This document shows positions 14,122 through 27,800 of a DNA stretch of 64,000 nucleotides, piece by piece. Each line of letters opens with the position of its first letter. The first letter of the stretch is position 1. The notes under the pieces were generated by a model. It did no database searches, had not been told where the DNA came from, and saw only the letters and a program-made list of their open reading frames with translations. Made by a program: the position numbers and the translations under genes. The DNA comes from Owenia fusiformis (taxonomy: Eukaryota), in NCBI GenBank assembly GCA_903813345.2, contig CAIIXF020000001.1:9672001-9736000 (forward strand). The letters run 5' to 3'.

Positions 14122-15829
14122 TAATAATAATAATATCTATAAAATTAATAGGAGGCCCCCCGTTGGGGCCTCCTAATAACAACATAACTTCGACATATGA
14201 GTGTTACCTGATGAATGGGACCCTCACGTGCCTTCCAAATGGTAGTACACGAACTCTAGTGTAACTACATCAGCTTATCTTTCCGTCCGATCAACAATAA
14301 GTACAGTTATACAAGAAATGTAAACGAAGTGAAAATATTCCCAAAGATTTTCCGAAAGGCATGGCATTCCGGAAGTTATGATACGTTATGGTGTCACTAC
14401 GGTAAATCATTGAAAAATATTGAAAAAAATCACAAAATTCAAGTTCTGGTGTGAGGTTCCATATCCATCCGCTAAAAGGTATGACACTATAAAGTCCATT
14501 TACAAATTTGTGGTTTTGTTCTAAATAACGCCATAGTTGGCTTCTAGGGTACCTAGTATGCCACTATTTCATCGTATCAAAATAAAGAGGAGGAGTTCAA
14601 CTTTCATTTGAATTACGAAAATAGCGATGTAGGTCAAAATAGTTCCGGCGTGAGCATGTTTACTACGCGTTTGCCCGTCATCTCAGAAATAAGGAAATGG
14701 TAGCAAACGCGAGTTACAATAAATGTACGCTGATATCTCAAAAAGTAACCTGCCTCCCTATAATTTGATGTAGATCAATCGAACCCCTATATGAACAGGT
14801 ACATTTTGATATATAACACTATGGGGGGGGTAAGCGTTTTATAGTTGATCACAAACGCCATATGTGCAAAGTATTGTTCTGAATTTTCGAATTTGGTGTT
14901 GGATTACAATACTCACACCTTCTGGGGTACATATTTCCATTTTTGAACGAATTAGCCCATACAATGACTATATTTTTGCAATATCCTATACATAACCTTC
15001 ATCTTGACGCTATATTTAACATAAGGTTTGCGTCTCGATTTTTAAATATCACTACGCCAACATAGGGACTCATTTTTATGTAAAATCCCTGCTTCAACGA
15101 TGAAAATTAACGAATATTCTTGAGATTTTTTTCTAAAAATGGCACATTTAGAAAGTACTTGGCCTCAGCTTTACATACATACCTCAAATGGCCATAGTGC
15201 ATACACTTAAACCTACTATACACACCATTGAAGTTGGCAAGAATATGGTCCCGTAAACAGGAACTACTTTATTCGTTAATTTTCATCGTTGAAGCAGGCA
15301 TTTTACCTAAAAATTAGTCCCTATGATGGCGTAGTGATATTTAAAATCTAGACGCAAACCCTATGTTAAATATTTTATTTATTTTCTTTATTTTGATACG
15401 ATGATACTAGGTACCCTAGAAGCCAACTATGGCGTTATTTAGAACAAAACCACAAATTTGTTAATGGACTTTATAGTGTCATACCTTTTAGCGGATGGAT
15501 ATGGAACCTCACACCAGAACTTGAATTTTGTGATTTTTTTCAATATTTTTCAATGATTTACCGTAGTGACACCATAACGTATCACAACTTCCGGAATGAC
15601 ATGCCTTCGAAAAATTTTGGGGAATATTTTCACTTCGTTTACATTTCTTGTATAACTGTACTTATTGTTGATCGGACGGAAGAATAAGCTGATGTAGTTA
15701 CACTAGAGTTCGTGTACTACCATTTGGAAGGCACGTGAGGGTCCCATTCATCAGGTAACACTCATATGTCGAAGTTATAGTTATAGTTATTCACTGCTAG
15801 GTCATTCTGACCTGTAGCCGGTCTTACCG

Positions 15830-17440
15830 CAGAGCTGTCAAGTGTCCCGCGAATGGCGGGATTATCCCGCGAATTTGATCAAAATTAGGCTAATTTGCGT
15901 GTCCCGCATTGTCCCGCGAAGTCACGCAAAATGTGGCTTTGACCTCCGCGAATTTTTGAATATCTTGATTATCTTATCTTATATAAGAAGCTAAGTTTTT
16001 GCACTTTTGAGGAGTAAAGTTTACCTAATTTTAAGTACATAGCATCAAAATAAAGGGGAAGGGTTCAACTTTCATTTTAATTACGAAAATAGGGATGTAG
16101 GTCACAAATAGTTCCAACGTTGGCCTTTTTACTACCCGTGTGGCCTTCATCTCAGAACTGAGCAAATGTTAGCAAACGCGAGTTACAATAAATGTACGCT
16201 GATATCTAGAAAGGGTTTGTATAAAAAACCGGGTACCGGGTAGTAAATCCTCCATGCTGGGTTCAAACTTGGTACCCGGTCAAAAAAAACAGGTACCCAA
16301 AAAACGAAAAATACGAATATATAACATAATTAGATTATGAGAAAACGTGTAAGATTTGTTTTGAATTTGCAAAAATGTATGTAACATGATTCAAAATTGA
16401 GCTAGAAGCTTCAAATAAAAAGCATATTTTAAGGCACTTTTCTTCCTCTATCGTTATGGCCATATTTTCATTGGTTATGGGGGGGGGGTGCGATCGCATC
16501 ATCGCACCCTCTCCTGGCTACGCCTATGACATTGTAAGACATAACAATTTACAATTCAGTGGACATTTTGTCATAAATTGGGATAACTTAAATTACGATT
16601 AATAATCAAAATCTTACACGTTGCATCATGCAAATTAACACACGTCACCTCTCTGCTAAAGCAACGATAGCTATTTACAGGTTTTTTATACAAACCCTAT
16701 CTATAAAATTAACCTCATTCCCTATAATTTGATGTAGATTAATCGAACCCCTATATCATGGGCTTTCAATTGAAAGCCCATGCCTACAGTATATGAATAG
16801 GTACATTTTAATATATAACATTATGGGGGTAAGCGTTTCATAGTTGGTCACGACGCCAGAAGTGCAAAGTATTGTTCCGAATTTTTGAATTTCGTGTTAG
16901 ATTACGGTAATCACACCTGAAGCATGGTTTTTGTTTTTGATAAATTACAATAAAGTTTAATAATATTCCTATGCGTATTTTGTGAAATTGTGTTTACGTT
17001 TATTTAAGTTACAATGTAACGGTGCATTATATTTGATTAATCAGTATCTGAAAGTTTGATTTAAGTACTTCTACACGCTTTTACATTAGTCCCAATCACG
17101 CAAATCCCTTGAATGTCCCGGGACATCCTGCAAATTTAGGTGGATGTCCCGCGAAATCCCGCAAATTTAGGGCACTTTGTCTAAAAAATCTGTCCCTCCA
17201 TGAAGTTTTTGGTGGTACACCTGTTAACTGTCCCGCAATTAGGGTGTTTGTCCCTCGAATGGTCCCGCGAAATCCCGCGAATTAAAAAAAAAACCTCCTA
17301 TTAGCGCAATCACGCAAATCCCTTAAATGTCCCGTAAAATCCCGCGAATTTAGTAGATGTCCCACAAAATCCCGCGAATTTTGGGCACTGGGTCTAAAAA
17401 ATCTGTCCCGCGAGAAAATCTTTAGGGGTTGACAGTACTG
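15830..17440. mobile_element. Non-autonomous TIR element with 6-bp TSD and many TCCCGCGAA subterminal motifs
   Basis: TTACCG|CAGAGCTGTCAA...TTGACAGTACTG|TTACCG. Copies at 20519-22129 and 25208-26818. Confidence 0.85.
16212..16698. mobile_element. hAT-like MITE nested in the previous element
   Basis: 19-bp TIR AGGGTTTGTATAAAAAACC; 8-bp near-TSD ATCTAGAA/ATCTATAA; absent from the homologous segment at about 14735. Copies at 20901-21387 and 25590-26076. Confidence 0.8.
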
Positions 17441-17587
17441 TTACCGTTAAGTTATGTTGTTATTATTTTTAACAGTTAACAGACTGTAGGCACTGCTTCG
17501 CCAAGCTAGATCTGTGCCCATGAATATATTATGAATTGAAACGTTATAATGGTCTTCAATGGGATTTTCCACAATCTTGACCCATAG

Positions 17588-18049
17588 TAGTGTTGTTGCG
17601 ATGTGCCATAATCGTACATCGATGCATCGGCAATTTTCAGTAGTAAACAACGATGCACATCGCGATGTACATCGAGAAAAAGTTCGAGAAAAGTGCACTG
17701 AAATACCGAACGCTAATGCACTAAAATATCGAACAGAACAAATTAATAAGAGTACGCTGGTACATCCGGGAACATAGTAACGGTGAAATGAAAGTAAAGT
17801 AATTTTTTGATGGTTCATTTCGACTAGCTAAAACAGTTTTAAAGCGAAAGAATATCAGAAAACATTTGAAAATGAAATAAGACATGAAAAAAGGTAAGCA
17901 ATTTGAGTCAAAATAAGATAAGAAAGGGCGATTTTTAGCAAATTAAAATTTTTTAAAAACATCGATGTTTTGTTTCAGACATCGATGCATCGCCAGAACC
18001 AGCTTTGGCGATGTATATCGCGATGTATCGATTAATCGCGACAACACTA
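17588..18049. mobile_element. hAT-like MITE
   Basis: TIR TAGTGTTGTTGCGAT / ATCGCGACAACACTA, perfect 8-bp TSD ACCCATAG, internal ATCGAT/CATCGCGATG motifs. Copies at 22277-22738 and 26966-27427. Confidence 0.9.
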
Positions 18050-18727
18050 ACCCATAGTGGACTTCCCACAATCCGTGCATTGTTGATGTAGAATAGAAAC
18101 TCAATCTTCTTTATTCTTAGGACATCACCTGATGCCTGACCAGTCAAATGAATGCTTGACAACAAAGAAATGATCCTGTTAACATTATGACAAAAAATGT
18201 TTGCTTACCAAGTCTATACTGCCTCGTTAAATCAATTTTTGGGTCTTTACTTTTCATTTTGTTTTTCAAATCATATTATCGCCCACTCATGGCGGGAGTA
18301 CGTCGCCAATTATTAGGCACTCCATTTGACGTTTAGTGAACAACTGTCTTGCTCTCATATGCTTGTAAGTCTGGTCTTGAAAATGGTGAAAATAGAGATG
18401 TATCAATTAAACTTTTTTAAATTGTTCAATTAGAGATCTATATGTCTCTAGAGTGTGTGACTAAGAAGGGTGTCATATATAATTGACTGTTGATGTCATA
18501 GGCCAAGGGTAAAGTAATAGTAAGCCATATATAGAAGAGACAGGTGAACAACTCTGACTTGGACTACTTGTTAAGATGGAGATTTCAACAATATTTAGTG
18601 TATTATTTTCAAAAAGCCATGGGGAGTTGATAGAAAATTGATAGTTTGTAGCTCTTACCTAAGATTGAAACTCAGTCAGATGATATAGAGTGAATAATGC
18701 TGTCTAAAAGAGAGAATTTCTGAAAAC

Positions 18728-18836
18728 CTGCAATTGCCTGGCAAGTTCATTAGTAAACAAGTGATCTGATTGGTCACTGCTGACCTCCCTGACCTCCAAC
18801 AGTGACAATCAGTTTCAGCTTGCCAGGCAATTGCAG
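18728..18836. repeat. Short inverted repeat (possible MITE relic)
   Basis: 18-bp perfect arms CTGCAATTGCCTGGCAAG / CTTGCCAGGCAATTGCAG; present in each 4689-bp unit. Confidence 0.65.
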
Positions 18837-21800
18837 ATATCCAGAGTTGTTGTTTTATATGCAGTATTATATGCAGTTTTTAGATAAAGATTTGAAAAAA
18901 ACAATGATATAAGTTTGAAAAACACTTTGAAGAAGATTTTGAAGAGATTTGGGAATACAATTTGATTCCAGTAAGGAGAACTAGTGCCAAGACAGTTATA
19001 CAAGAAATGTAAACGAAGTGAAAATATTCCCAAAGATTTTCCGAAAGGCATGGCATTCCGGAAGTTATGATACGTTATGGTGTCACTACGGTAAATCATT
19101 GAAAAATATTGAAAAAAATCACAAAATTCAAGTTCTGGTGTGAGGTTCCATATCCATCCGCTAAAAGGTATGACACTATAAAGTCCATTTACAAATTTGT
19201 GGTTTTGTTCTAAATAACGCCATAGTTGGCTTCTAGGGTACCTAGTATGCCACTATTTCATCGTATCAAAATAAAGAGGAGGAGTTCAACTTTCATTTGA
19301 ATTACGAAAATAGCGATGTAGGTCAAAATAGTTCCGGCGTGAGCATGTTTACTACGCGTTTGCCCGTCATCTCAGAAATAAGGAAATGGTAGCAAACGCG
19401 AGTTACAATAAATGTACGCTGATATCTCAAAAAGTAACCTGCCTCCCTATAATTTGATGTAGATCAATCGAACCCCTATATGAACAGGTACATTTTGATA
19501 TATAACACTATGGGGGGGGTAAGCGTTTTATAGTTGATCACAAACGCCATATGTGCAAAGTATTGTTCTGAATTTTCGAATTTGGTGTTGGATTACAATA
19601 CTCACACCTTCTGGGGTACATATTTCCATTTTTGAACGAATTAGCCCATACAATGACTATATTTTTGCAATATCCTATACATAACCTTCATCTTGACGCT
19701 ATATTTAACATAAGGTTTGCGTCTCGATTTTTAAATATCACTACGCCAACATAGGGACTCATTTTTATGTAAAATCCCTGCTTCAACGATGAAAATTAAC
19801 GAATATTCTTGAGATTTTTTTCTAAAAATGGCACATTTAGAAAGTACTTGGCCTCAGCTTTACATACATACCTCAAATGGCCATAGTGCATACACTTAAA
19901 CCTACTATACACACCATTGAAGTTGGCAAGAATATGGTCCCGTAAACAGGAACTACTTTATTCGTTAATTTTCATCGTTGAAGCAGGCATTTTACCTAAA
20001 AATTAGTCCCTATGATGGCGTAGTGATATTTAAAATCTAGACGCAAACCCTATGTTAAATATTTTATTTATTTTCTTTATTTTGATACGATGATACTAGG
20101 TACCCTAGAAGCCAACTATGGCGTTATTTAGAACAAAACCACAAATTTGTTAATGGACTTTATAGTGTCATACCTTTTAGCGGATGGATATGGAACCTCA
20201 CACCAGAACTTGAATTTTGTGATTTTTTTCAATATTTTTCAATGATTTACCGTAGTGACACCATAACGTATCACAACTTCCGGAATGACATGCCTTCGAA
20301 AAATTTTGGGGAATATTTTCACTTCGTTTACATTTCTTGTATAACTGTACTTATTGTTGATCGGACGGAAGAATAAGCTGATGTAGTTACACTAGAGTTC
20401 GTGTACTACCATTTGGAAGGCACGTGAGGGTCCCATTCATCAGGTAACACTCATATGTCGAAGTTATAGTTATAGTTATTCACTGCTAGGTCATTCTGAC
20501 CTGTAGCCGGTCTTACCGCAGAGCTGTCAAGTGTCCCGCGAATGGCGGGATTATCCCGCGAATTTGATCAAAATTAGGCTAATTTGCGTGTCCCGCATTG
20601 TCCCGCGAAGTCACGCAAAATGTGGCTTTGACCTCCGCGAATTTTTGAATATCTTGATTATCTTATCTTATATAAGAAGCTAAGTTTTTGCACTTTTGAG
20701 GAGTAAAGTTTACCTAATTTTAAGTACATAGCATCAAAATAAAGGGGAAGGGTTCAACTTTCATTTTAATTACGAAAATAGGGATGTAGGTCACAAATAG
20801 TTCCAACGTTGGCCTTTTTACTACCCGTGTGGCCTTCATCTCAGAACTGAGCAAATGTTAGCAAACGCGAGTTACAATAAATGTACGCTGATATCTAGAA
20901 AGGGTTTGTATAAAAAACCGGGTACCGGGTAGTAAATCCTCCATGCTGGGTTCAAACTTGGTACCCGGTCAAAAAAAACAGGTACCCAAAAAACGAAAAA
21001 TACGAATATATAACATAATTAGATTATGAGAAAACGTGTAAGATTTGTTTTGAATTTGCAAAAATGTATGTAACATGATTCAAAATTGAGCTAGAAGCTT
21101 CAAATAAAAAGCATATTTTAAGGCACTTTTCTTCCTCTATCGTTATGGCCATATTTTCATTGGTTATGGGGGGGGGGTGCGATCGCATCATCGCACCCTC
21201 TCCTGGCTACGCCTATGACATTGTAAGACATAACAATTTACAATTCAGTGGACATTTTGTCATAAATTGGGATAACTTAAATTACGATTAATAATCAAAA
21301 TCTTACACGTTGCATCATGCAAATTAACACACGTCACCTCTCTGCTAAAGCAACGATAGCTATTTACAGGTTTTTTATACAAACCCTATCTATAAAATTA
21401 ACCTCATTCCCTATAATTTGATGTAGATTAATCGAACCCCTATATCATGGGCTTTCAATTGAAAGCCCATGCCTACAGTATATGAATAGGTACATTTTAA
21501 TATATAACATTATGGGGGTAAGCGTTTCATAGTTGGTCACGACGCCAGAAGTGCAAAGTATTGTTCCGAATTTTTGAATTTCGTGTTAGATTACGGTAAT
21601 CACACCTGAAGCATGGTTTTTGTTTTTGATAAATTACAATAAAGTTTAATAATATTCCTATGCGTATTTTGTGAAATTGTGTTTACGTTTATTTAAGTTA
21701 CAATGTAACGGTGCATTATATTTGATTAATCAGTATCTGAAAGTTTGATTTAAGTACTTCTACACGCTTTTACATTAGTCCCAATCACGCAAATCCCTTG

Positions 21801-24800
21801 AATGTCCCGGGACATCCTGCAAATTTAGGTGGATGTCCCGCGAAATCCCGCAAATTTAGGGCACTTTGTCTAAAAAATCTGTCCCTCCATGAAGTTTTTG
21901 GTGGTACACCTGTTAACTGTCCCGCAATTAGGGTGTTTGTCCCTCGAATGGTCCCGCGAAATCCCGCGAATTAAAAAAAAAACCTCCTATTAGCGCAATC
22001 ACGCAAATCCCTTAAATGTCCCGTAAAATCCCGCGAATTTAGTAGATGTCCCACAAAATCCCGCGAATTTTGGGCACTGGGTCTAAAAAATCTGTCCCGC
22101 GAGAAAATCTTTAGGGGTTGACAGTACTGTTACCGTTAAGTTATGTTGTTATTATTTTTAACAGTTAACAGACTGTAGGCACTGCTTCGCCAAGCTAGAT
22201 CTGTGCCCATGAATATATTATGAATTGAAACGTTATAATGGTCTTCAATGGGATTTTCCACAATCTTGACCCATAGTAGTGTTGTTGCGATGTGCCATAA
22301 TCGTACATCGATGCATCGGCAATTTTCAGTAGTAAACAACGATGCACATCGCGATGTACATCGAGAAAAAGTTCGAGAAAAGTGCACTGAAATACCGAAC
22401 GCTAATGCACTAAAATATCGAACAGAACAAATTAATAAGAGTACGCTGGTACATCCGGGAACATAGTAACGGTGAAATGAAAGTAAAGTAATTTTTTGAT
22501 GGTTCATTTCGACTAGCTAAAACAGTTTTAAAGCGAAAGAATATCAGAAAACATTTGAAAATGAAATAAGACATGAAAAAAGGTAAGCAATTTGAGTCAA
22601 AATAAGATAAGAAAGGGCGATTTTTAGCAAATTAAAATTTTTTAAAAACATCGATGTTTTGTTTCAGACATCGATGCATCGCCAGAACCAGCTTTGGCGA
22701 TGTATATCGCGATGTATCGATTAATCGCGACAACACTAACCCATAGTGGACTTCCCACAATCCGTGCATTGTTGATGTAGAATAGAAACTCAATCTTCTT
22801 TATTCTTAGGACATCACCTGATGCCTGACCAGTCAAATGAATGCTTGACAACAAAGAAATGATCCTGTTAACATTATGACAAAAAATGTTTGCTTACCAA
22901 GTCTATACTGCCTCGTTAAATCAATTTTTGGGTCTTTACTTTTCATTTTGTTTTTCAAATCATATTATCGCCCACTCATGGCGGGAGTACGTCGCCAATT
23001 ATTAGGCACTCCATTTGACGTTTAGTGAACAACTGTCTTGCTCTCATATGCTTGTAAGTCTGGTCTTGAAAATGGTGAAAATAGAGATGTATCAATTAAA
23101 CTTTTTTAAATTGTTCAATTAGAGATCTATATGTCTCTAGAGTGTGTGACTAAGAAGGGTGTCATATATAATTGACTGTTGATGTCATAGGCCAAGGGTA
23201 AAGTAATAGTAAGCCATATATAGAAGAGACAGGTGAACAACTCTGACTTGGACTACTTGTTAAGATGGAGATTTCAACAATATTTAGTGTATTATTTTCA
23301 AAAAGCCATGGGGAGTTGATAGAAAATTGATAGTTTGTAGCTCTTACCTAAGATTGAAACTCAGTCAGATGATATAGAGTGAATAATGCTGTCTAAAAGA
23401 GAGAATTTCTGAAAACCTGCAATTGCCTGGCAAGTTCATTAGTAAACAAGTGATCTGATTGGTCACTGCTGACCTCCCTGACCTCCAACAGTGACAATCA
23501 GTTTCAGCTTGCCAGGCAATTGCAGATATCCAGAGTTGTTGTTTTATATGCAGTATTATATGCAGTTTTTAGATAAAGATTTGAAAAAAACAATGATATA
23601 AGTTTGAAAAACACTTTGAAGAAGATTTTGAAGAGATTTGGGAATACAATTTGATTCCAGTAAGGAGAACTAGTGCCAAGACAGTTATACAAGAAATGTA
23701 AACGAAGTGAAAATATTCCCAAAGATTTTCCGAAAGGCATGGCATTCCGGAAGTTATGATACGTTATGGTGTCACTACGGTAAATCATTGAAAAATATTG
23801 AAAAAAATCACAAAATTCAAGTTCTGGTGTGAGGTTCCATATCCATCCGCTAAAAGGTATGACACTATAAAGTCCATTTACAAATTTGTGGTTTTGTTCT
23901 AAATAACGCCATAGTTGGCTTCTAGGGTACCTAGTATGCCACTATTTCATCGTATCAAAATAAAGAGGAGGAGTTCAACTTTCATTTGAATTACGAAAAT
24001 AGCGATGTAGGTCAAAATAGTTCCGGCGTGAGCATGTTTACTACGCGTTTGCCCGTCATCTCAGAAATAAGGAAATGGTAGCAAACGCGAGTTACAATAA
24101 ATGTACGCTGATATCTCAAAAAGTAACCTGCCTCCCTATAATTTGATGTAGATCAATCGAACCCCTATATGAACAGGTACATTTTGATATATAACACTAT
24201 GGGGGGGGTAAGCGTTTTATAGTTGATCACAAACGCCATATGTGCAAAGTATTGTTCTGAATTTTCGAATTTGGTGTTGGATTACAATACTCACACCTTC
24301 TGGGGTACATATTTCCATTTTTGAACGAATTAGCCCATACAATGACTATATTTTTGCAATATCCTATACATAACCTTCATCTTGACGCTATATTTAACAT
24401 AAGGTTTGCGTCTCGATTTTTAAATATCACTACGCCAACATAGGGACTCATTTTTATGTAAAATCCCTGCTTCAACGATGAAAATTAACGAATATTCTTG
24501 AGATTTTTTTCTAAAAATGGCACATTTAGAAAGTACTTGGCCTCAGCTTTACATACATACCTCAAATGGCCATAGTGCATACACTTAAACCTACTATACA
24601 CACCATTGAAGTTGGCAAGAATATGGTCCCGTAAACAGGAACTACTTTATTCGTTAATTTTCATCGTTGAAGCAGGCATTTTACCTAAAAATTAGTCCCT
24701 ATGATGGCGTAGTGATATTTAAAATCTAGACGCAAACCCTATGTTAAATATTTTATTTATTTTCTTTATTTTGATACGATGATACTAGGTACCCTAGAAG

Positions 24801-27800
24801 CCAACTATGGCGTTATTTAGAACAAAACCACAAATTTGTTAATGGACTTTATAGTGTCATACCTTTTAGCGGATGGATATGGAACCTCACACCAGAACTT
24901 GAATTTTGTGATTTTTTTCAATATTTTTCAATGATTTACCGTAGTGACACCATAACGTATCACAACTTCCGGAATGACATGCCTTCGAAAAATTTTGGGG
25001 AATATTTTCACTTCGTTTACATTTCTTGTATAACTGTACTTATTGTTGATCGGACGGAAGAATAAGCTGATGTAGTTACACTAGAGTTCGTGTACTACCA
25101 TTTGGAAGGCACGTGAGGGTCCCATTCATCAGGTAACACTCATATGTCGAAGTTATAGTTATAGTTATTCACTGCTAGGTCATTCTGACCTGTAGCCGGT
25201 CTTACCGCAGAGCTGTCAAGTGTCCCGCGAATGGCGGGATTATCCCGCGAATTTGATCAAAATTAGGCTAATTTGCGTGTCCCGCATTGTCCCGCGAAGT
25301 CACGCAAAATGTGGCTTTGACCTCCGCGAATTTTTGAATATCTTGATTATCTTATCTTATATAAGAAGCTAAGTTTTTGCACTTTTGAGGAGTAAAGTTT
25401 ACCTAATTTTAAGTACATAGCATCAAAATAAAGGGGAAGGGTTCAACTTTCATTTTAATTACGAAAATAGGGATGTAGGTCACAAATAGTTCCAACGTTG
25501 GCCTTTTTACTACCCGTGTGGCCTTCATCTCAGAACTGAGCAAATGTTAGCAAACGCGAGTTACAATAAATGTACGCTGATATCTAGAAAGGGTTTGTAT
25601 AAAAAACCGGGTACCGGGTAGTAAATCCTCCATGCTGGGTTCAAACTTGGTACCCGGTCAAAAAAAACAGGTACCCAAAAAACGAAAAATACGAATATAT
25701 AACATAATTAGATTATGAGAAAACGTGTAAGATTTGTTTTGAATTTGCAAAAATGTATGTAACATGATTCAAAATTGAGCTAGAAGCTTCAAATAAAAAG
25801 CATATTTTAAGGCACTTTTCTTCCTCTATCGTTATGGCCATATTTTCATTGGTTATGGGGGGGGGGTGCGATCGCATCATCGCACCCTCTCCTGGCTACG
25901 CCTATGACATTGTAAGACATAACAATTTACAATTCAGTGGACATTTTGTCATAAATTGGGATAACTTAAATTACGATTAATAATCAAAATCTTACACGTT
26001 GCATCATGCAAATTAACACACGTCACCTCTCTGCTAAAGCAACGATAGCTATTTACAGGTTTTTTATACAAACCCTATCTATAAAATTAACCTCATTCCC
26101 TATAATTTGATGTAGATTAATCGAACCCCTATATCATGGGCTTTCAATTGAAAGCCCATGCCTACAGTATATGAATAGGTACATTTTAATATATAACATT
26201 ATGGGGGTAAGCGTTTCATAGTTGGTCACGACGCCAGAAGTGCAAAGTATTGTTCCGAATTTTTGAATTTCGTGTTAGATTACGGTAATCACACCTGAAG
26301 CATGGTTTTTGTTTTTGATAAATTACAATAAAGTTTAATAATATTCCTATGCGTATTTTGTGAAATTGTGTTTACGTTTATTTAAGTTACAATGTAACGG
26401 TGCATTATATTTGATTAATCAGTATCTGAAAGTTTGATTTAAGTACTTCTACACGCTTTTACATTAGTCCCAATCACGCAAATCCCTTGAATGTCCCGGG
26501 ACATCCTGCAAATTTAGGTGGATGTCCCGCGAAATCCCGCAAATTTAGGGCACTTTGTCTAAAAAATCTGTCCCTCCATGAAGTTTTTGGTGGTACACCT
26601 GTTAACTGTCCCGCAATTAGGGTGTTTGTCCCTCGAATGGTCCCGCGAAATCCCGCGAATTAAAAAAAAAACCTCCTATTAGCGCAATCACGCAAATCCC
26701 TTAAATGTCCCGTAAAATCCCGCGAATTTAGTAGATGTCCCACAAAATCCCGCGAATTTTGGGCACTGGGTCTAAAAAATCTGTCCCGCGAGAAAATCTT
26801 TAGGGGTTGACAGTACTGTTACCGTTAAGTTATGTTGTTATTATTTTTAACAGTTAACAGACTGTAGGCACTGCTTCGCCAAGCTAGATCTGTGCCCATG
26901 AATATATTATGAATTGAAACGTTATAATGGTCTTCAATGGGATTTTCCACAATCTTGACCCATAGTAGTGTTGTTGCGATGTGCCATAATCGTACATCGA
27001 TGCATCGGCAATTTTCAGTAGTAAACAACGATGCACATCGCGATGTACATCGAGAAAAAGTTCGAGAAAAGTGCACTGAAATACCGAACGCTAATGCACT
27101 AAAATATCGAACAGAACAAATTAATAAGAGTACGCTGGTACATCCGGGAACATAGTAACGGTGAAATGAAAGTAAAGTAATTTTTTGATGGTTCATTTCG
27201 ACTAGCTAAAACAGTTTTAAAGCGAAAGAATATCAGAAAACATTTGAAAATGAAATAAGACATGAAAAAAGGTAAGCAATTTGAGTCAAAATAAGATAAG
27301 AAAGGGCGATTTTTAGCAAATTAAAATTTTTTAAAAACATCGATGTTTTGTTTCAGACATCGATGCATCGCCAGAACCAGCTTTGGCGATGTATATCGCG
27401 ATGTATCGATTAATCGCGACAACACTAACCCATAGTGGACTTCCCACAATCCGTGCATTGTTGATGTAGAATAGAAACTCAATCTTCTTTATTCTTAGGA
27501 CATCACCTGATGCCTGACCAGTCAAATGAATGCTTGACAACAAAGAAATGATCCTGTTAACATTATGACAAAAAATGTTTGCTTACCAAGTCTATACTGC
27601 CTCGTTAAATCAATTTTTGGGTCTTTACTTTTCATTTTGTTTTTCAAATCATATTATCGCCCACTCATGGCGGGAGTACGTCGCCAATTATTAGGCACTC
27701 CATTTGACGTTTAGTGAACAACTGTCTTGCTCTCATATGCTTGTAAGTCTGGTCTTGAAAATGGTGAAAATAGAGATGTATCAATTAAACTTTTTTAAAT

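Larger units (their letters stand above)
2372..14177 (-). mobile_element. Helentron/DINE-1-like non-autonomous element, family A copy 1 (outer shell of the nest)
   Basis: 3' end at left: CTAG, hairpin AAGATTGC-AA-GCAATCTT, subterminal GGAGGCCCC. 5' end at right: AGGAGGCCCC-ccgtt-GGGGCCTCCT followed by AATAA. Internal repeats of about 430-445 bp at 2440-3700. Inserted in a TAA tract with no clear TSD. Confidence 0.8.
2348..17486. mobile_element. Non-autonomous foldback DNA transposon, Tc1/mariner-like (TA target), with nested insertions
   Basis: TA|CAGTCTGTTAACTGTTAAAAATAA at 2346-2371 is the reverse complement of TTATTTTTAACAGTTAACAGACTG|TA ending at 17488. The left arm resumes at about 14175 after the Helentron nest. 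Long inverted arms lie at 14184-14590 vs 15385-15778 and 15012-15116 vs 15270-15373. Left-truncated copies occur in the other two repeat units. Confidence 0.8.

Noticed and set aside
17447-18165. Two minus-strand ORFs that join in frame (about 70 codons) when the hAT MITE is removed
   Set aside because: No recognisable domain, no convincing splice sites, and a stop appears right after the foldback element is removed; chance level for this length.
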